A program made the translations under genes and the position numbers. The notes beneath the pieces were generated by a model. It ran no database searches. It was not told the DNA's origin and saw only the letters and a program-made list of their open reading frames with translations. This document shows, in pieces, positions 1 to 8,244 of a stretch of 46,303 nt of DNA. This stretch comes from a virus (taxonomy: Duplodnaviria; Caudoviricetes), in the IMG/VR virus record IMGVR_UViG_3300010286_000003, positions 1 through 46,303 of that record. One strand, written 5' to 3'. How positions within the stretch are numbered: position 1 is the stretch's first letter; each line of letters starts with the position of its first letter.

Positions 1-61
1 CGAACCATGGAGGATATACAGCAAGAGGTCATGCAAAAAGTTAATTTAGCTTATAAAAGGG

Positions 62-268
62 GTGATAAGTATAAATAAGTTTAAGTGCATTTTTCACCAA
101 CACAAATGGATTTATTGCGGTCATTATGATAACCAATACAACTTCAAATGTAAAGTATGTAATAGAATAAAGAAAATAAACATTGTAAATGATGGAAATT
201 ATACACCTGAAAAAATTGATAAGATAAGAGAACAAATGAAAAACTCAACAAGACATTTGCAGAACTAA
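62..268 (+). CDS. small Cys/His-containing hypothetical protein
   Basis: ORF track; SD-like AAGGGGTGA at 57-65; CxxHxH and CxxC motifs; real start may be ATA at 71. Confidence 0.6.
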   Translation: MISINKFKCIFHQHKWIYCGHYDNQYNFKCKVCNRIKKINIVNDGNYTPEKIDKIREQMKNSTRHLQN

Positions 269-337
269 AATTTAAATTAAAAATCTATTTTATTAAATAA
301 AATATAAAACAAAAACCCTTTTAATAAGGAGGTTTTT

Positions 338-1015
338 ATGAATAAAGTATTAGCCATTTCAAATCATGAAGGTCTTTGCTGGAAATGCTTACAATCTTTT
401 AATAAATCAGAAATAATTAACATAACAATTCCTGAGTTGGGCTATGGAAGTATATTTGATGGTGAAGGAACAAAATTACAATTATGTAAAACTTGTTATG
501 AAGAAAGTATAAAAGATAATCCTCATTTATGGGACATGAAAATTAAAGAAACAAAAGAAGAAGATTTAACTACAGTAGAATATATGTATGAAAAAGAAAT
601 GTATGAATATTTAGAATCTTTACCTATACAAAGTAGACAATTTGTTTGGAATGAATTTGTTGAAGGAACTTACGCAAAACCATTATTTATGTCTCCGCAA
701 GACTGGATTGATTATCAATTAGGAATTTTACCACATGATAAATGTAAAAAATATGGAGTATTTTCATTTGATGAAATAAAAGCATATGATGAAAAATTTT
801 CTACATGTCAATATCCAATTAATATAATATACGATGATGGAACAATAGGATGTCAATGTCCATTTGGTGCATATGGTGGTTATAATCAAGAAACTGACAG
901 ATACATATCGACCGAATGTTACGAATGTAGTAAATATACAAAACGGACAACCCCTATAACAACTATGACAAAGGATGAATATAATCAAAAATACAGCATG
1001 ATAAATAAACTATAA
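338..1015 (+). CDS. Cys-rich hypothetical phage protein (probable Zn-binding)
   Basis: 225-aa ORF, AAGGAGG SD, three CxxC pairs. Confidence 0.75.
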   Translation: MNKVLAISNHEGLCWKCLQSFNKSEIINITIPELGYGSIFDGEGTKLQLCKTCYEESIKDNPHLWDMKIKETKEEDLTTVEYMYEKEMYEYLESLPIQSRQFVWNEFVEGTYAKPLFMSPQDWIDYQLGILPHDKCKKYGVFSFDEIKAYDEKFSTCQYPINIIYDDGTIGCQCPFGAYGGYNQETDRYISTECYECSKYTKRTTPITTMTKDEYNQKYSMINKL

Positions 1016-1033
1016 AATTATTAAGGAGGCAAT

Positions 1034-1726
1034 ATGAAAAAATATATTATCTTCTTATGCCTTGTAATTTTATTACCGAATAATTGTTCACATGTTAAGG
1101 CAGAAGAAGGTGTAGCAGGAATTAGTGCAACAATAAATCATATAAACTACACAGAAAAATGGACTACTACAAATGTAAATTTACGAAATAAACCTAATAC
1201 TAATGCCGAAATCATAACAACACTAAAAACAAGAACTAAAGTACAAATCATTTCTCAAAAAGAAGATTGGTCAATGGTAATATTCGATAGTAAAACAGGA
1301 TGGATTTGTACTAAATATTTAAGAGACACAGAAGAACCTATACTTGAATTTACAAATAAAGAAAAAGAAATGTTGTATAGAATTACTGAAGCTGAAGCTA
1401 CAGGAAAGTCAATTACAGCAAAAGAAAATGTAGTTAGTTGTATTATTAACAGAGTGTATAGTGCTGATTTTCCAGACACAATAAAAGAAGTTATATTTCA
1501 AAAAGTAGATGGGAATTATCAGTTTTCTCCTGTAGCAGATAAACGATATTGGAAAGTTGAAATTACAGAAGAAACGAAACAAGCAGTAGATAATGTAATA
1601 AAAAATGGAGTTACGCATGATGCCTTATATTTTTGCAATTACAATACCATTTCAAGCAAGCAAAAAAAATGGTTTGATCAATTGAACTATTGTTTTTCAG
1701 ACGATGTACATAACTTTTATAAATAA
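1034..1726 (+). CDS. secreted cell-wall hydrolase, SH3b + SleB/CwlJ-type (Hydrolase_2) domain
   Basis: N-terminal signal peptide; SH3b pattern VNLRNKP...GWI; catalytic-Glu segment ITEAEATG, IINRV, YQFSP, HNFY C-terminus. Confidence 0.85.
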   Translation: MKKYIIFLCLVILLPNNCSHVKAEEGVAGISATINHINYTEKWTTTNVNLRNKPNTNAEIITTLKTRTKVQIISQKEDWSMVIFDSKTGWICTKYLRDTEEPILEFTNKEKEMLYRITEAEATGKSITAKENVVSCIINRVYSADFPDTIKEVIFQKVDGNYQFSPVADKRYWKVEITEETKQAVDNVIKNGVTHDALYFCNYNTISSKQKKWFDQLNYCFSDDVHNFYK

Positions 1727-1731
1727 AGGAG

Positions 1732-1917
1732 ATGGTATATATAAAAAATAATTATTATGACGAGTATGATGAAAGTCCACAAGATTTATATGAAGATTTT
1801 TATAGTGTAAAAAGATGTTTATATTGTGGAATGAAATTAGTGGAAGGAAGAGAACATTATGAGTTTCTTGGAAAAGATATTTATACACCAGTTTGGTATT
1901 GTCCAAATTGCGGATAA
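1732..1917 (+). CDS. small zinc-ribbon protein
   Basis: CLYCG and CPNCG motifs; AAGGAG SD. Confidence 0.65.
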   Translation: MVYIKNNYYDEYDESPQDLYEDFYSVKRCLYCGMKLVEGREHYEFLGKDIYTPVWYCPNCG

Positions 1918-1948
1918 AAAATGTAATACATATAACATATAAAAGAAG

Positions 1949-2416
1949 GTGATTCAAATAGAAATCGAAAGAAAATTTTTAATTAATACATTTCCTGATT
2001 TACCTATAGAACAAGAGTTAGAAGTTTATCAATATTATTTAATAACTGATCCAATAGAAGTGCGATTAAGAAAAATTAATTCTGATAATTTAACAAATTA
2101 TAAAATGACTTTTAAAAGTAAAGGAAAACTATCAAGACAAGAATATGAGATTAATATATCAGAAATAGTTTATAATGATTTACTTTCATTTATTAATAAA
2201 ACACCAATTCATAAAATTATAAAAAAGTATAAATTAAACAATGGATTAATACTTGAATGTAATTTAGTTGATAATGAATTTATGTATGCAGAAATTGAAT
2301 TTAAAAATGAAAATTTAGCTAATCAATTTAATATTAAATCAATTCCAATTTTATTAAAAGATATAACGTATAATGATTTTTATAAAATGAAGAATTATTG
2401 GAAAAGAAAACAATAA
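1949..2416 (+). CDS. CYTH-domain protein (triphosphate tunnel metalloenzyme)
   Basis: EIERKF signature, RLRK, RQEYE, YAEIEF; probable start ATA at 1958. Confidence 0.85.
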   Translation: MIQIEIERKFLINTFPDLPIEQELEVYQYYLITDPIEVRLRKINSDNLTNYKMTFKSKGKLSRQEYEINISEIVYNDLLSFINKTPIHKIIKKYKLNNGLILECNLVDNEFMYAEIEFKNENLANQFNIKSIPILLKDITYNDFYKMKNYWKRKQ

Positions 2417-2467
2417 AATCACTGTTTGATTAAATATAATATAAAACGAATGGAAGGTGATAATTAT

Positions 2468-3121
2468 ATGAATTTTAAGAATACAAATGTTTATAATTTT
2501 GATGCATTAATCAGAGGGATGAGGAACCCATTGGAAAGCTGGCATAAGTCAGACAGCGAATGGGATGATGAACATAAAAAATTTTATATCGGTCAAAACG
2601 ATTTAAAACTAGCTCAAAAACTTATTTTAGCTGGTAACGAACATAGGAAATTTATGCGACAGATTTTTGTAAGCGTTGATATTACAGCACCTTTATATTG
2701 GTGGAAAGAATTTGACACTTACAAAATTGGCACAGTAACTAATTCAACATCTACTATGCATAAATTAGCATCTAAACCTATTACGATAGAATGTTTTGAA
2801 ATAACTGATTATAACAAAGAAATCGCAAATAATGCAGGTAAGCTTTATGATTTATCAATTGAATATAATTTAATACCGTTCTTAGAAAATTTACGACAAT
2901 TGTATCTTGAAACAAACGATAAAAGATATTGGAAAGAATTGATTAGATGGTTACCTGAATCTTGGTTACAAACTCGTACCGTAACTATGAATTATGAAAA
3001 TTTAAGAAATATGTATTTTCAACGTAGAAATCATAAATTAACAGAATGGTCAATTGATTTTGTAAATTGGATCAAAACATTACCCTATGCAAAAGAATTA
3101 ATAATGATAGAAAGTAGGTGA
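2468..3121 (+). CDS. divergent ThyX-like (FAD-dependent thymidylate synthase fold) protein
   Basis: EHRKFMRQI, APLYWWKEFDTY, LPES..QTRTVTMNYENLR, QRRNH..EW; canonical RHR-x7-S motif absent; ATG 2468 follows GAAGGTGA SD. Confidence 0.65.
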   Translation: MNFKNTNVYNFDALIRGMRNPLESWHKSDSEWDDEHKKFYIGQNDLKLAQKLILAGNEHRKFMRQIFVSVDITAPLYWWKEFDTYKIGTVTNSTSTMHKLASKPITIECFEITDYNKEIANNAGKLYDLSIEYNLIPFLENLRQLYLETNDKRYWKELIRWLPESWLQTRTVTMNYENLRNMYFQRRNHKLTEWSIDFVNWIKTLPYAKELIMIESR

Positions 3122-3125
3122 AAAT

Positions 3126-3683
3126 ATGTTATACCAAACTATTGTTTTAGTAGGTGAATCAGGATCAGGTAAATCATCAATAGAAAATGTCTTAGCAAAA
3201 AAATATGGTTATCATAAAATTATATCATATACTACTAGACCGCCAAGAAATAATGAAATTAATGGAATAGATTATCACTTTATAACTGAAGATGAATTTA
3301 AAGATTTAATGAATAAAAATTTTTTTGCTGAAGTAGCTAAATATCGAAATTGGTATTATGGTACTCCAATTAATGATTATAAAAAAGATAATATGATTGC
3401 TGTATTAACACCACATGGACTTAGACAAATAAAAAGAAATGATAAATTACAAATAATTAGTTTTTACATTAATGTCCCTCGTAGAGATAGGCTTATAAAA
3501 ATTTTACAACGTGGCGATGATATTGAAGAATGTTATAGGCGAAATTTATCTGATGTAGGACAATTTGATGGAATTGAAGATGAAGTTAATTATGTAATAC
3601 ATAACGAAGGATATAAAAAAACACCAGAAGAATTAGCAGATGAAATTGTTAAATTAATAAAATGCATAGAGGTGAAAAGATGA
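3126..3683 (+). CDS. gmk: guanylate kinase
   Basis: P-loop GESGSGKS, SYTTRPPR, E.NGIDYHF, YYGT signatures. Confidence 0.9.
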   Translation: MLYQTIVLVGESGSGKSSIENVLAKKYGYHKIISYTTRPPRNNEINGIDYHFITEDEFKDLMNKNFFAEVAKYRNWYYGTPINDYKKDNMIAVLTPHGLRQIKRNDKLQIISFYINVPRRDRLIKILQRGDDIEECYRRNLSDVGQFDGIEDEVNYVIHNEGYKKTPEELADEIVKLIKCIEVKR

Positions 3684-4111
3684 AAGTAAAAAGTATATAC
3701 CTTGCAGGAGCAATGGGATGTTTTAAAGACACACCTGAATTAATGACAAAATGGCGATATAAAGCAACAAAATTACTTAACCTATGTGCTAAAAATAAAG
3801 ATATCAAATTAGAAATCATTAATCCAACTGAATATTTTACTTTTGATATTATCCGTCATAAATCTGAAAAAGAAATCATGGAATATGATTTATGGCATGT
3901 TACTCATAGTGATTTAATACTCGTTAATTTAGATCATATCCATGATAGTCCAGGAACTATTATCGAATTATACGAAGCAAAAAAAAATAAAATACCTGTA
4001 GTTGCATTTAGTGATAATTTTGAATTACATCCTTGGATCAAAGAATGTATTAACAGAATAGAAGATAATTTAGAAGATGCAGTTAAATACATAGATGAAT
4101 TTTATTTATAG
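3680..4111 (+). CDS. nucleoside 2-deoxyribosyltransferase-like / nucleotide N-hydrolase
   Basis: IYLAG, INP, YDL..V..SD.ILVN, SPGT..E motifs; ATG 3680 overlaps gmk stop. Confidence 0.8.
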   Translation: MKVKSIYLAGAMGCFKDTPELMTKWRYKATKLLNLCAKNKDIKLEIINPTEYFTFDIIRHKSEKEIMEYDLWHVTHSDLILVNLDHIHDSPGTIIELYEAKKNKIPVVAFSDNFELHPWIKECINRIEDNLEDAVKYIDEFYL

Positions 4112-4140
4112 GAATAAAAGTATATTAATAGTCATATAAT
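4112..4140 (+). promoter_or_regulatory. sigmaE-like sporulation promoter
   Basis: GAATAAA (4112-4118), 14 bp, CATATAAT (4133-4140) versus B. subtilis sigmaE consensus (T/G)(A/C)ATA(A/T)(A/T)-14-CATACA(A/C)T; one mismatch. Confidence 0.5.
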
Positions 4141-4163
4141 GAAACAGCAAACAACAAGAGGTG

Positions 4164-4331
4164 ATGCATATTATTAATGATTTGACATATGAACAAATCA
4201 AAGAAATTAAGCAAATTATAAAAAAAATGAAAGAAGATGATGAAAGAGATAAAATAAAAACCAAACTTGATTTTACATATAAATATACAACAGAAGAAAT
4301 GATGATGAAAGTTGCCATGTCATATAAATAA
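4164..4331 (+). CDS. 55-aa protein missing from the ORF track; candidate recombination directionality factor
   Basis: Hand translation MHIINDLTYEQIKEIKQIIKKMKEDDERDKIKTKLDFTYKYTTEEMMMKVAMSYK; SD AGAGGTGA; own promoter and terminator; RDF role inferred from size and position only. Confidence 0.6.
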   Translation: MHIINDLTYEQIKEIKQIIKKMKEDDERDKIKTKLDFTYKYTTEEMMMKVAMSYK

Positions 4332-4343
4332 ATACATATTATT

Positions 4344-4374
4344 AAAAAGCTTGTGAAAACAAGCTTTTTCTTTT
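4344..4374 (+). terminator. intrinsic terminator (possibly bidirectional)
   Basis: AAAAAGCTTGT-GAAA-ACAAGCTTTTT followed by CTTTT. Confidence 0.85.
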
Positions 4375-4378
4375 ACTG

Positions 4379-4407
4379 TTGATAATGCCTTAATTATATA
4401 TTATAAT
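4379..4407 (+). promoter_or_regulatory. sigmaA promoter of the recombinase
   Basis: TTGATA-17 bp-TATAAT. Confidence 0.7.
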
Positions 4408-4440
4408 ATTTAATGAAGATACCAATGAAAGGGGATTACA

Positions 4441-6021
4441 ATGGAAAAATTTAAAACCGCTTTTTATTTACGTATATCACGTGAAGATGGCGATGATAAA
4501 GAATCAAATAGTATCACTAATCAACGTATTTTATTAAAACAATATATAACAACTCATGAAAATGAATTTGAATTTATAAATGAATATGTTGATGAAAATT
4601 ATACTGGACTTAATTTTAATAGACCAGCTTTCCAAAGAATGTTGGAAGATATAAAAAATGGATTAATAAACTGTGTAATATGTAAAGATTTATCCAGATT
4701 TGGACGAGATTATATAGAAGCTGGACACTATCTGGAAAAAGAATTTCCTAAATACAAAATAAGATTTATAGCTATAAATGATAATATTGACAGCTACAAA
4801 CAATCTTATGATTTATTATTGCCTGTAAAAAATATTTTAAATCAACAATATGCAATTGATATAGGTAGCAAAGTGCGTACAGCTATAGAATCTAAGCAAT
4901 CAGAAGGGTTATTTATTGGTGCATTTCCTTCTTATGGTTATTTTAAAGATCCCAAAAATCATAATAAACTTATTATTGATGAATATGCTGCTCAAATAGT
5001 AAGACGAATATTTAAAATGTATTTAGATGGATATGGTAAAATTAAAATAGCAAAAATCTTAAATAAAGAAGGAGTTTTATGCCCAAGTGAATATAAAAAT
5101 CAACTTGGAATGAGATATTATAATGGACAAAAAATTGGTAGTACAACTTATTGGACATATTCAACAGTACATCGGATTCTTACAAATGAAATGTATATTG
5201 GTAATATGGTTCAAGGAAGAACTAAAAGAATAATGAAAAGTAATCCAGAAATACTTCCAAAAGATAAATGGAAAATTGTTGAAAATACTCATCCGCCAAT
5301 AATTGATAGAGAAACATGGAATAAAGTACAAGCCTTATTAAATAAAAGAAGTAGAGAATTAAATGTAGATAATAACGTAAGTATTTTTGCAGGCTTTTTA
5401 AAATGTGGAGATTGTGGTAGATCTTTAGCAAAAAATATAAGAGGAAATGTTATTTATTATGTATGTGGCTCATATAAAAGATATGGTGGAACAATATGTT
5501 CTCCTCACACTATACGACATGATATGTTAGAAAAAAGAGTGTTAAATTTAATTAAAATTGCAGCAATCATTTATGAATCAAAAATGAATGAATACAGAAT
5601 AAAACAAGAACTTATTGACCAACAAACTAATAGTATAAAAAATGAAATAGAAAAAACAAAAGCTGCTTTAAATAAAATTTATAATTTAAAAAAGGGAATA
5701 TATGAAGATTATAAAATGGGAATATTAACAAAAGATGAATATTTTAGTTTTAAACAAGATTACGAAAAAGAAGAGCAATTTTATAACAATAAAATAAAAA
5801 CATTAGAAGAAGCAATGAAAAATAATGAACCTGATAAAGAAGCAAAAAAATATATCAAATACAAAAATATAACTGAATTAACTAGAGAAATAATGGTTGA
5901 TTGCATCGAAAATATACAAGTATTTGAAAACAATGAAACTAAAGAAAAAGAAATAGCTATAACGTTAACTTGTGATAATGAAATAGGAGAATTAATTAAA
6001 AAATATAGTGCCGAAATATAA
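4441..6021 (+). CDS. large serine recombinase (integrase)
   Basis: YLRISRED (catalytic Ser), DLSRFGR, recombinase domain YIGNMVQG, HPPII, Zn ribbon CGDCG..YYVC...C, C-terminal coiled coil. Confidence 0.95.
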   Translation: MEKFKTAFYLRISREDGDDKESNSITNQRILLKQYITTHENEFEFINEYVDENYTGLNFNRPAFQRMLEDIKNGLINCVICKDLSRFGRDYIEAGHYLEKEFPKYKIRFIAINDNIDSYKQSYDLLLPVKNILNQQYAIDIGSKVRTAIESKQSEGLFIGAFPSYGYFKDPKNHNKLIIDEYAAQIVRRIFKMYLDGYGKIKIAKILNKEGVLCPSEYKNQLGMRYYNGQKIGSTTYWTYSTVHRILTNEMYIGNMVQGRTKRIMKSNPEILPKDKWKIVENTHPPIIDRETWNKVQALLNKRSRELNVDNNVSIFAGFLKCGDCGRSLAKNIRGNVIYYVCGSYKRYGGTICSPHTIRHDMLEKRVLNLIKIAAIIYESKMNEYRIKQELIDQQTNSIKNEIEKTKAALNKIYNLKKGIYEDYKMGILTKDEYFSFKQDYEKEEQFYNNKIKTLEEAMKNNEPDKEAKKYIKYKNITELTREIMVDCIENIQVFENNETKEKEIAITLTCDNEIGELIKKYSAEI

Positions 6022-6052
6022 TATTCCCCTGGGAGAATAATAAAATAAGGCA
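6009..6052. other. candidate attP site
   Basis: Imperfect inverted repeat centred on TG 6030-6031, 15 of 21 symmetric positions complementary; overlaps the integrase stop codon. Confidence 0.6.
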
Positions 6053-6073
6053 TATGATAAAATAAGGATTTGT

Positions 6074-6112
6074 AAAAATAAGGGTGGAAGATTAATAATC
6101 AACCACCCTTAT
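6074..6112 (-). terminator. terminator between the convergent integrase and endolysin genes
   Basis: ATAAGGGTGG/CCACCCTTAT 10-bp stem; T-run follows on the - strand. Confidence 0.8.
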
Positions 6113-6116
6113 ATTA

Positions 6117-6914
6117 TTATTTTTTATATAATCCAAGAAGAACATTCCATGACTGATTGCCTAAAATATTCGTTGGATTTTTAGCACCCATAACTTTTTT
6201 CTTCATTACAATAACAGCATTTCCAGTATTATTTCCATATGAACCATCAATACCTTTTGGATCAAAACCAAGCTCCCAAAGTCGTTCCTGTGCTAATATA
6301 ACAATATCACCCTTCATACCAACCTTTAATGAAGGACAAGCAGATTTAGTTTTTTCGCCAGCGATACCATCTTCTTTAAGTTTATTTCCATCTTTATCTC
6401 TATATCCATTTGTATTTAAAGCTTTCTGTAATCTAAGAACCCAATCTTTAGTCGGTTTTGTTACATCTTTTCGTTTCCATGTTTTAATAAATTCATCGGG
6501 TGTTTTATATAACTGTTTCAAAAGAGTAGGTGTAGAGCCCCAATCGGGTAATTGAAAATGGGGTTTATCAACAATAGATTTCCAATTTCCACCCCATTCA
6601 AGTCCTAACTTCATTCCAATTTTACCTACTTTAGTAAAGAAATTATCATTATCGTAATATGCACCCTTACCATCATTTCTATAAAAATCAAAAGCTACAC
6701 CCCATTGATGCATTGAACTATAACTTGAACCTTTTGCATTTGTCACAATATTACCAGGTTTAGTTCTTCCTTGTGCATATAATTCATCTTGTTCTTTTAC
6801 AGTGCGAAAACATTCACCAATACCAATTTTCAAACCTTGTTTTTCACATTCTTCTTTTAATTTAGTTATTAATATTTGTAATCTAGGATGTAATTGAGAA
6901 ACATCTCTTGCCAT
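6117..6914 (-). CDS. endolysin, M15 (L-Ala-D-Glu peptidase type) + peptidoglycan-binding domains
   Basis: RTVKEQDELY.QGRT, SMHQWGVAFDF, DKPHFQ; two C-terminal DG..G..T PG-binding repeats. Confidence 0.92.
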   Translation of the reverse strand: MARDVSQLHPRLQILITKLKEECEKQGLKIGIGECFRTVKEQDELYAQGRTKPGNIVTNAKGSSYSSMHQWGVAFDFYRNDGKGAYYDNDNFFTKVGKIGMKLGLEWGGNWKSIVDKPHFQLPDWGSTPTLLKQLYKTPDEFIKTWKRKDVTKPTKDWVLRLQKALNTNGYRDKDGNKLKEDGIAGEKTKSACPSLKVGMKGDIVILAQERLWELGFDPKGIDGSYGNNTGNAVIVMKKKVMGAKNPTNILGNQSWNVLLGLYKK

Positions 6915-6932
6915 TATATCCTCCTTTCTAAC

Positions 6933-6965
6933 AAAAGAAAAGGAGAGTGAATTAAAGCACTCTCC
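6933..6965 (-). terminator. intrinsic terminator upstream of the endolysin
   Basis: GGAGAGTG/CACTCTCC stem followed by TTTTCTTTT on the - strand. Confidence 0.75.
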
Positions 6966-6969
6966 GTAT

Positions 6970-7016
6970 ATACAATATATAGTTTATATATTCAATTTTA
7001 ATACAATATGTAGTTT
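6970..7016. promoter_or_regulatory. tandem NrdR-box-like operators
   Basis: ATACAATATATAGTTT (6970-6985) and ATACAATATGTAGTTT (7001-7016), 31-bp period; 14/16 and 13/16 to acaCwAtATaTwGtgt. Confidence 0.6.
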
Positions 7017-7020
7017 ATAA

Positions 7021-7050
7021 ATTTAAATAAAATTATTCTTTTATTTAAAT
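7021..7050. repeat. perfect 12-6-12 palindrome
   Basis: ATTTAAATAAAA-TTATTC-TTTTATTTAAAT. Confidence 0.7.
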
Positions 7051-7449
7051 AACATAATCCCCATTATGAACTGCTTTATATTCGTCATATGTATTAATTG
7101 TCATTTGATCGTAAACATAATTTTTAATAGCTTCATTTGTTATTAACAAATTCCTTAATTCATCTAATGCATCATCTACCCATTTACTAAAAGTTGAAAA
7201 GGACACAATTTTAGCAACAACAGGGAATTTATCTACAAACCACGAATATACAAGTCTAAGTTTTAATTGTCCCGTACCATTTCCTAGTTCAATTTCAGCT
7301 TCAGTAACAGCGTATAATAGCCATTCTTTTATTTTAGCAATTTGATCTTTAGTAGGTAATCCTAAAAACTTACAAATAGAAATGCCTAAAACCACGACTA
7401 CAGCACTAATACCTAAAACAATATACCAATTATCTACAATCCAATTCAT
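7045..7449 (-). CDS. holin (LL-H-like, one N-terminal TM)
   Basis: N-terminal TM, AVTEAE..LG.GTGQLKL motif; next to endolysin. Confidence 0.75.
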   Translation of the reverse strand: MNWIVDNWYIVLGISAVVVVLGISICKFLGLPTKDQIAKIKEWLLYAVTEAEIELGNGTGQLKLRLVYSWFVDKFPVVAKIVSFSTFSKWVDDALDELRNLLITNEAIKNYVYDQMTINTYDEYKAVHNGDYVI

Positions 7450-7472
7450 ACTACATCCTCCTTATTCATAAT

Positions 7473-7769
7473 TTATAATTCATAATAATCATTTTCTGTT
7501 ATTTGATTTTCATTAACACTCATTTCTTTTTCTTTAAGTTCATTTTTCTTTTCACTGTATGTTTCAAAAAATGCTTTACACATATAACCAAGCATAGTTG
7601 CTATAATGACTGTAGCAACAGTTTCACTTAATGCTTCAGCAATAGAAACTTTATTAAATGTGGCTAATAAATAAGACCATGTAATCCAAATACAGCCAAA
7701 CCACATTAATCTATTCACCCATTTTTTAGTAAACGTTAAAATATTTTTATCATTTTTTTTTAATTTCAT
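7473..7769 (-). CDS. two-TM membrane protein, holin/antiholin-like
   Basis: Two hydrophobic helices, charged tail, inside lysis cassette. Confidence 0.6.
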   Translation of the reverse strand: MKLKKNDKNILTFTKKWVNRLMWFGCIWITWSYLLATFNKVSIAEALSETVATVIIATMLGYMCKAFFETYSEKKNELKEKEMSVNENQITENDYYEL

Positions 7770-7781
7770 ATAACCACCCTC

Positions 7782-8177
7782 TTAATCACCATTACGTACT
7801 TCTAAATGTCTAACTCTTTTAACTAAACCAGTAACATAACTATTTGAACGAAGTATTTCTGAATATACCGTATATAAATCTTCTAACGATTGTAATTCAT
7901 ATTCTTCTATGTAACCTTTCTCTATTGCATTCATACACGCTGACACAATAAGATATCTAATTATAATTTTATTTATTTCAACTAAATCATCTAACTTATT
8001 TGTTATATTTTTCATTTCTATAAATTCTTTTTCATGTTTATTTACTTTATCTATTAATTCCTGTTTTTCTTTTTTTAAATTATACACACCATTAAAATAT
8101 TTAACTAACCAATTAATTACATTAATAATAGTTAATCCTAAACCTAAAATTAATGATATTTTACTTATAATTTCCAT
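7782..8177 (-). CDS. lysis-cassette membrane protein (N-terminal TM + coiled coil)
   Basis: Hydrophobic N-terminus; LEDLY..Y....NSYV C-terminal motif; position. Confidence 0.6.
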   Translation of the reverse strand: MEIISKISLILGLGLTIINVINWLVKYFNGVYNLKKEKQELIDKVNKHEKEFIEMKNITNKLDDLVEINKIIIRYLIVSACMNAIEKGYIEEYELQSLEDLYTVYSEILRSNSYVTGLVKRVRHLEVRNGD

Positions 8178-8208
8178 TAATATGCACCAATCCTTTCTAG
8201 GTCAATAT

Positions 8209-8244
8209 AAAAAGGATAGATTGATTTAACAACCATCTATCCTT
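8209..8244 (-). terminator. terminator-like hairpin before the lysis cassette
   Basis: AAGGATAGAT/ATCTATCCTT stem with T-run on the - strand. Confidence 0.65.

Noticed and set aside
41-6053. Short - strand ORFs in the left arm (41, 764, 1255, 1409, 1697, 4106, 5222, 5781)
   Set aside because: Antisense to supported + strand genes; 4106-4318 shadows the 4164-4331 ORF.
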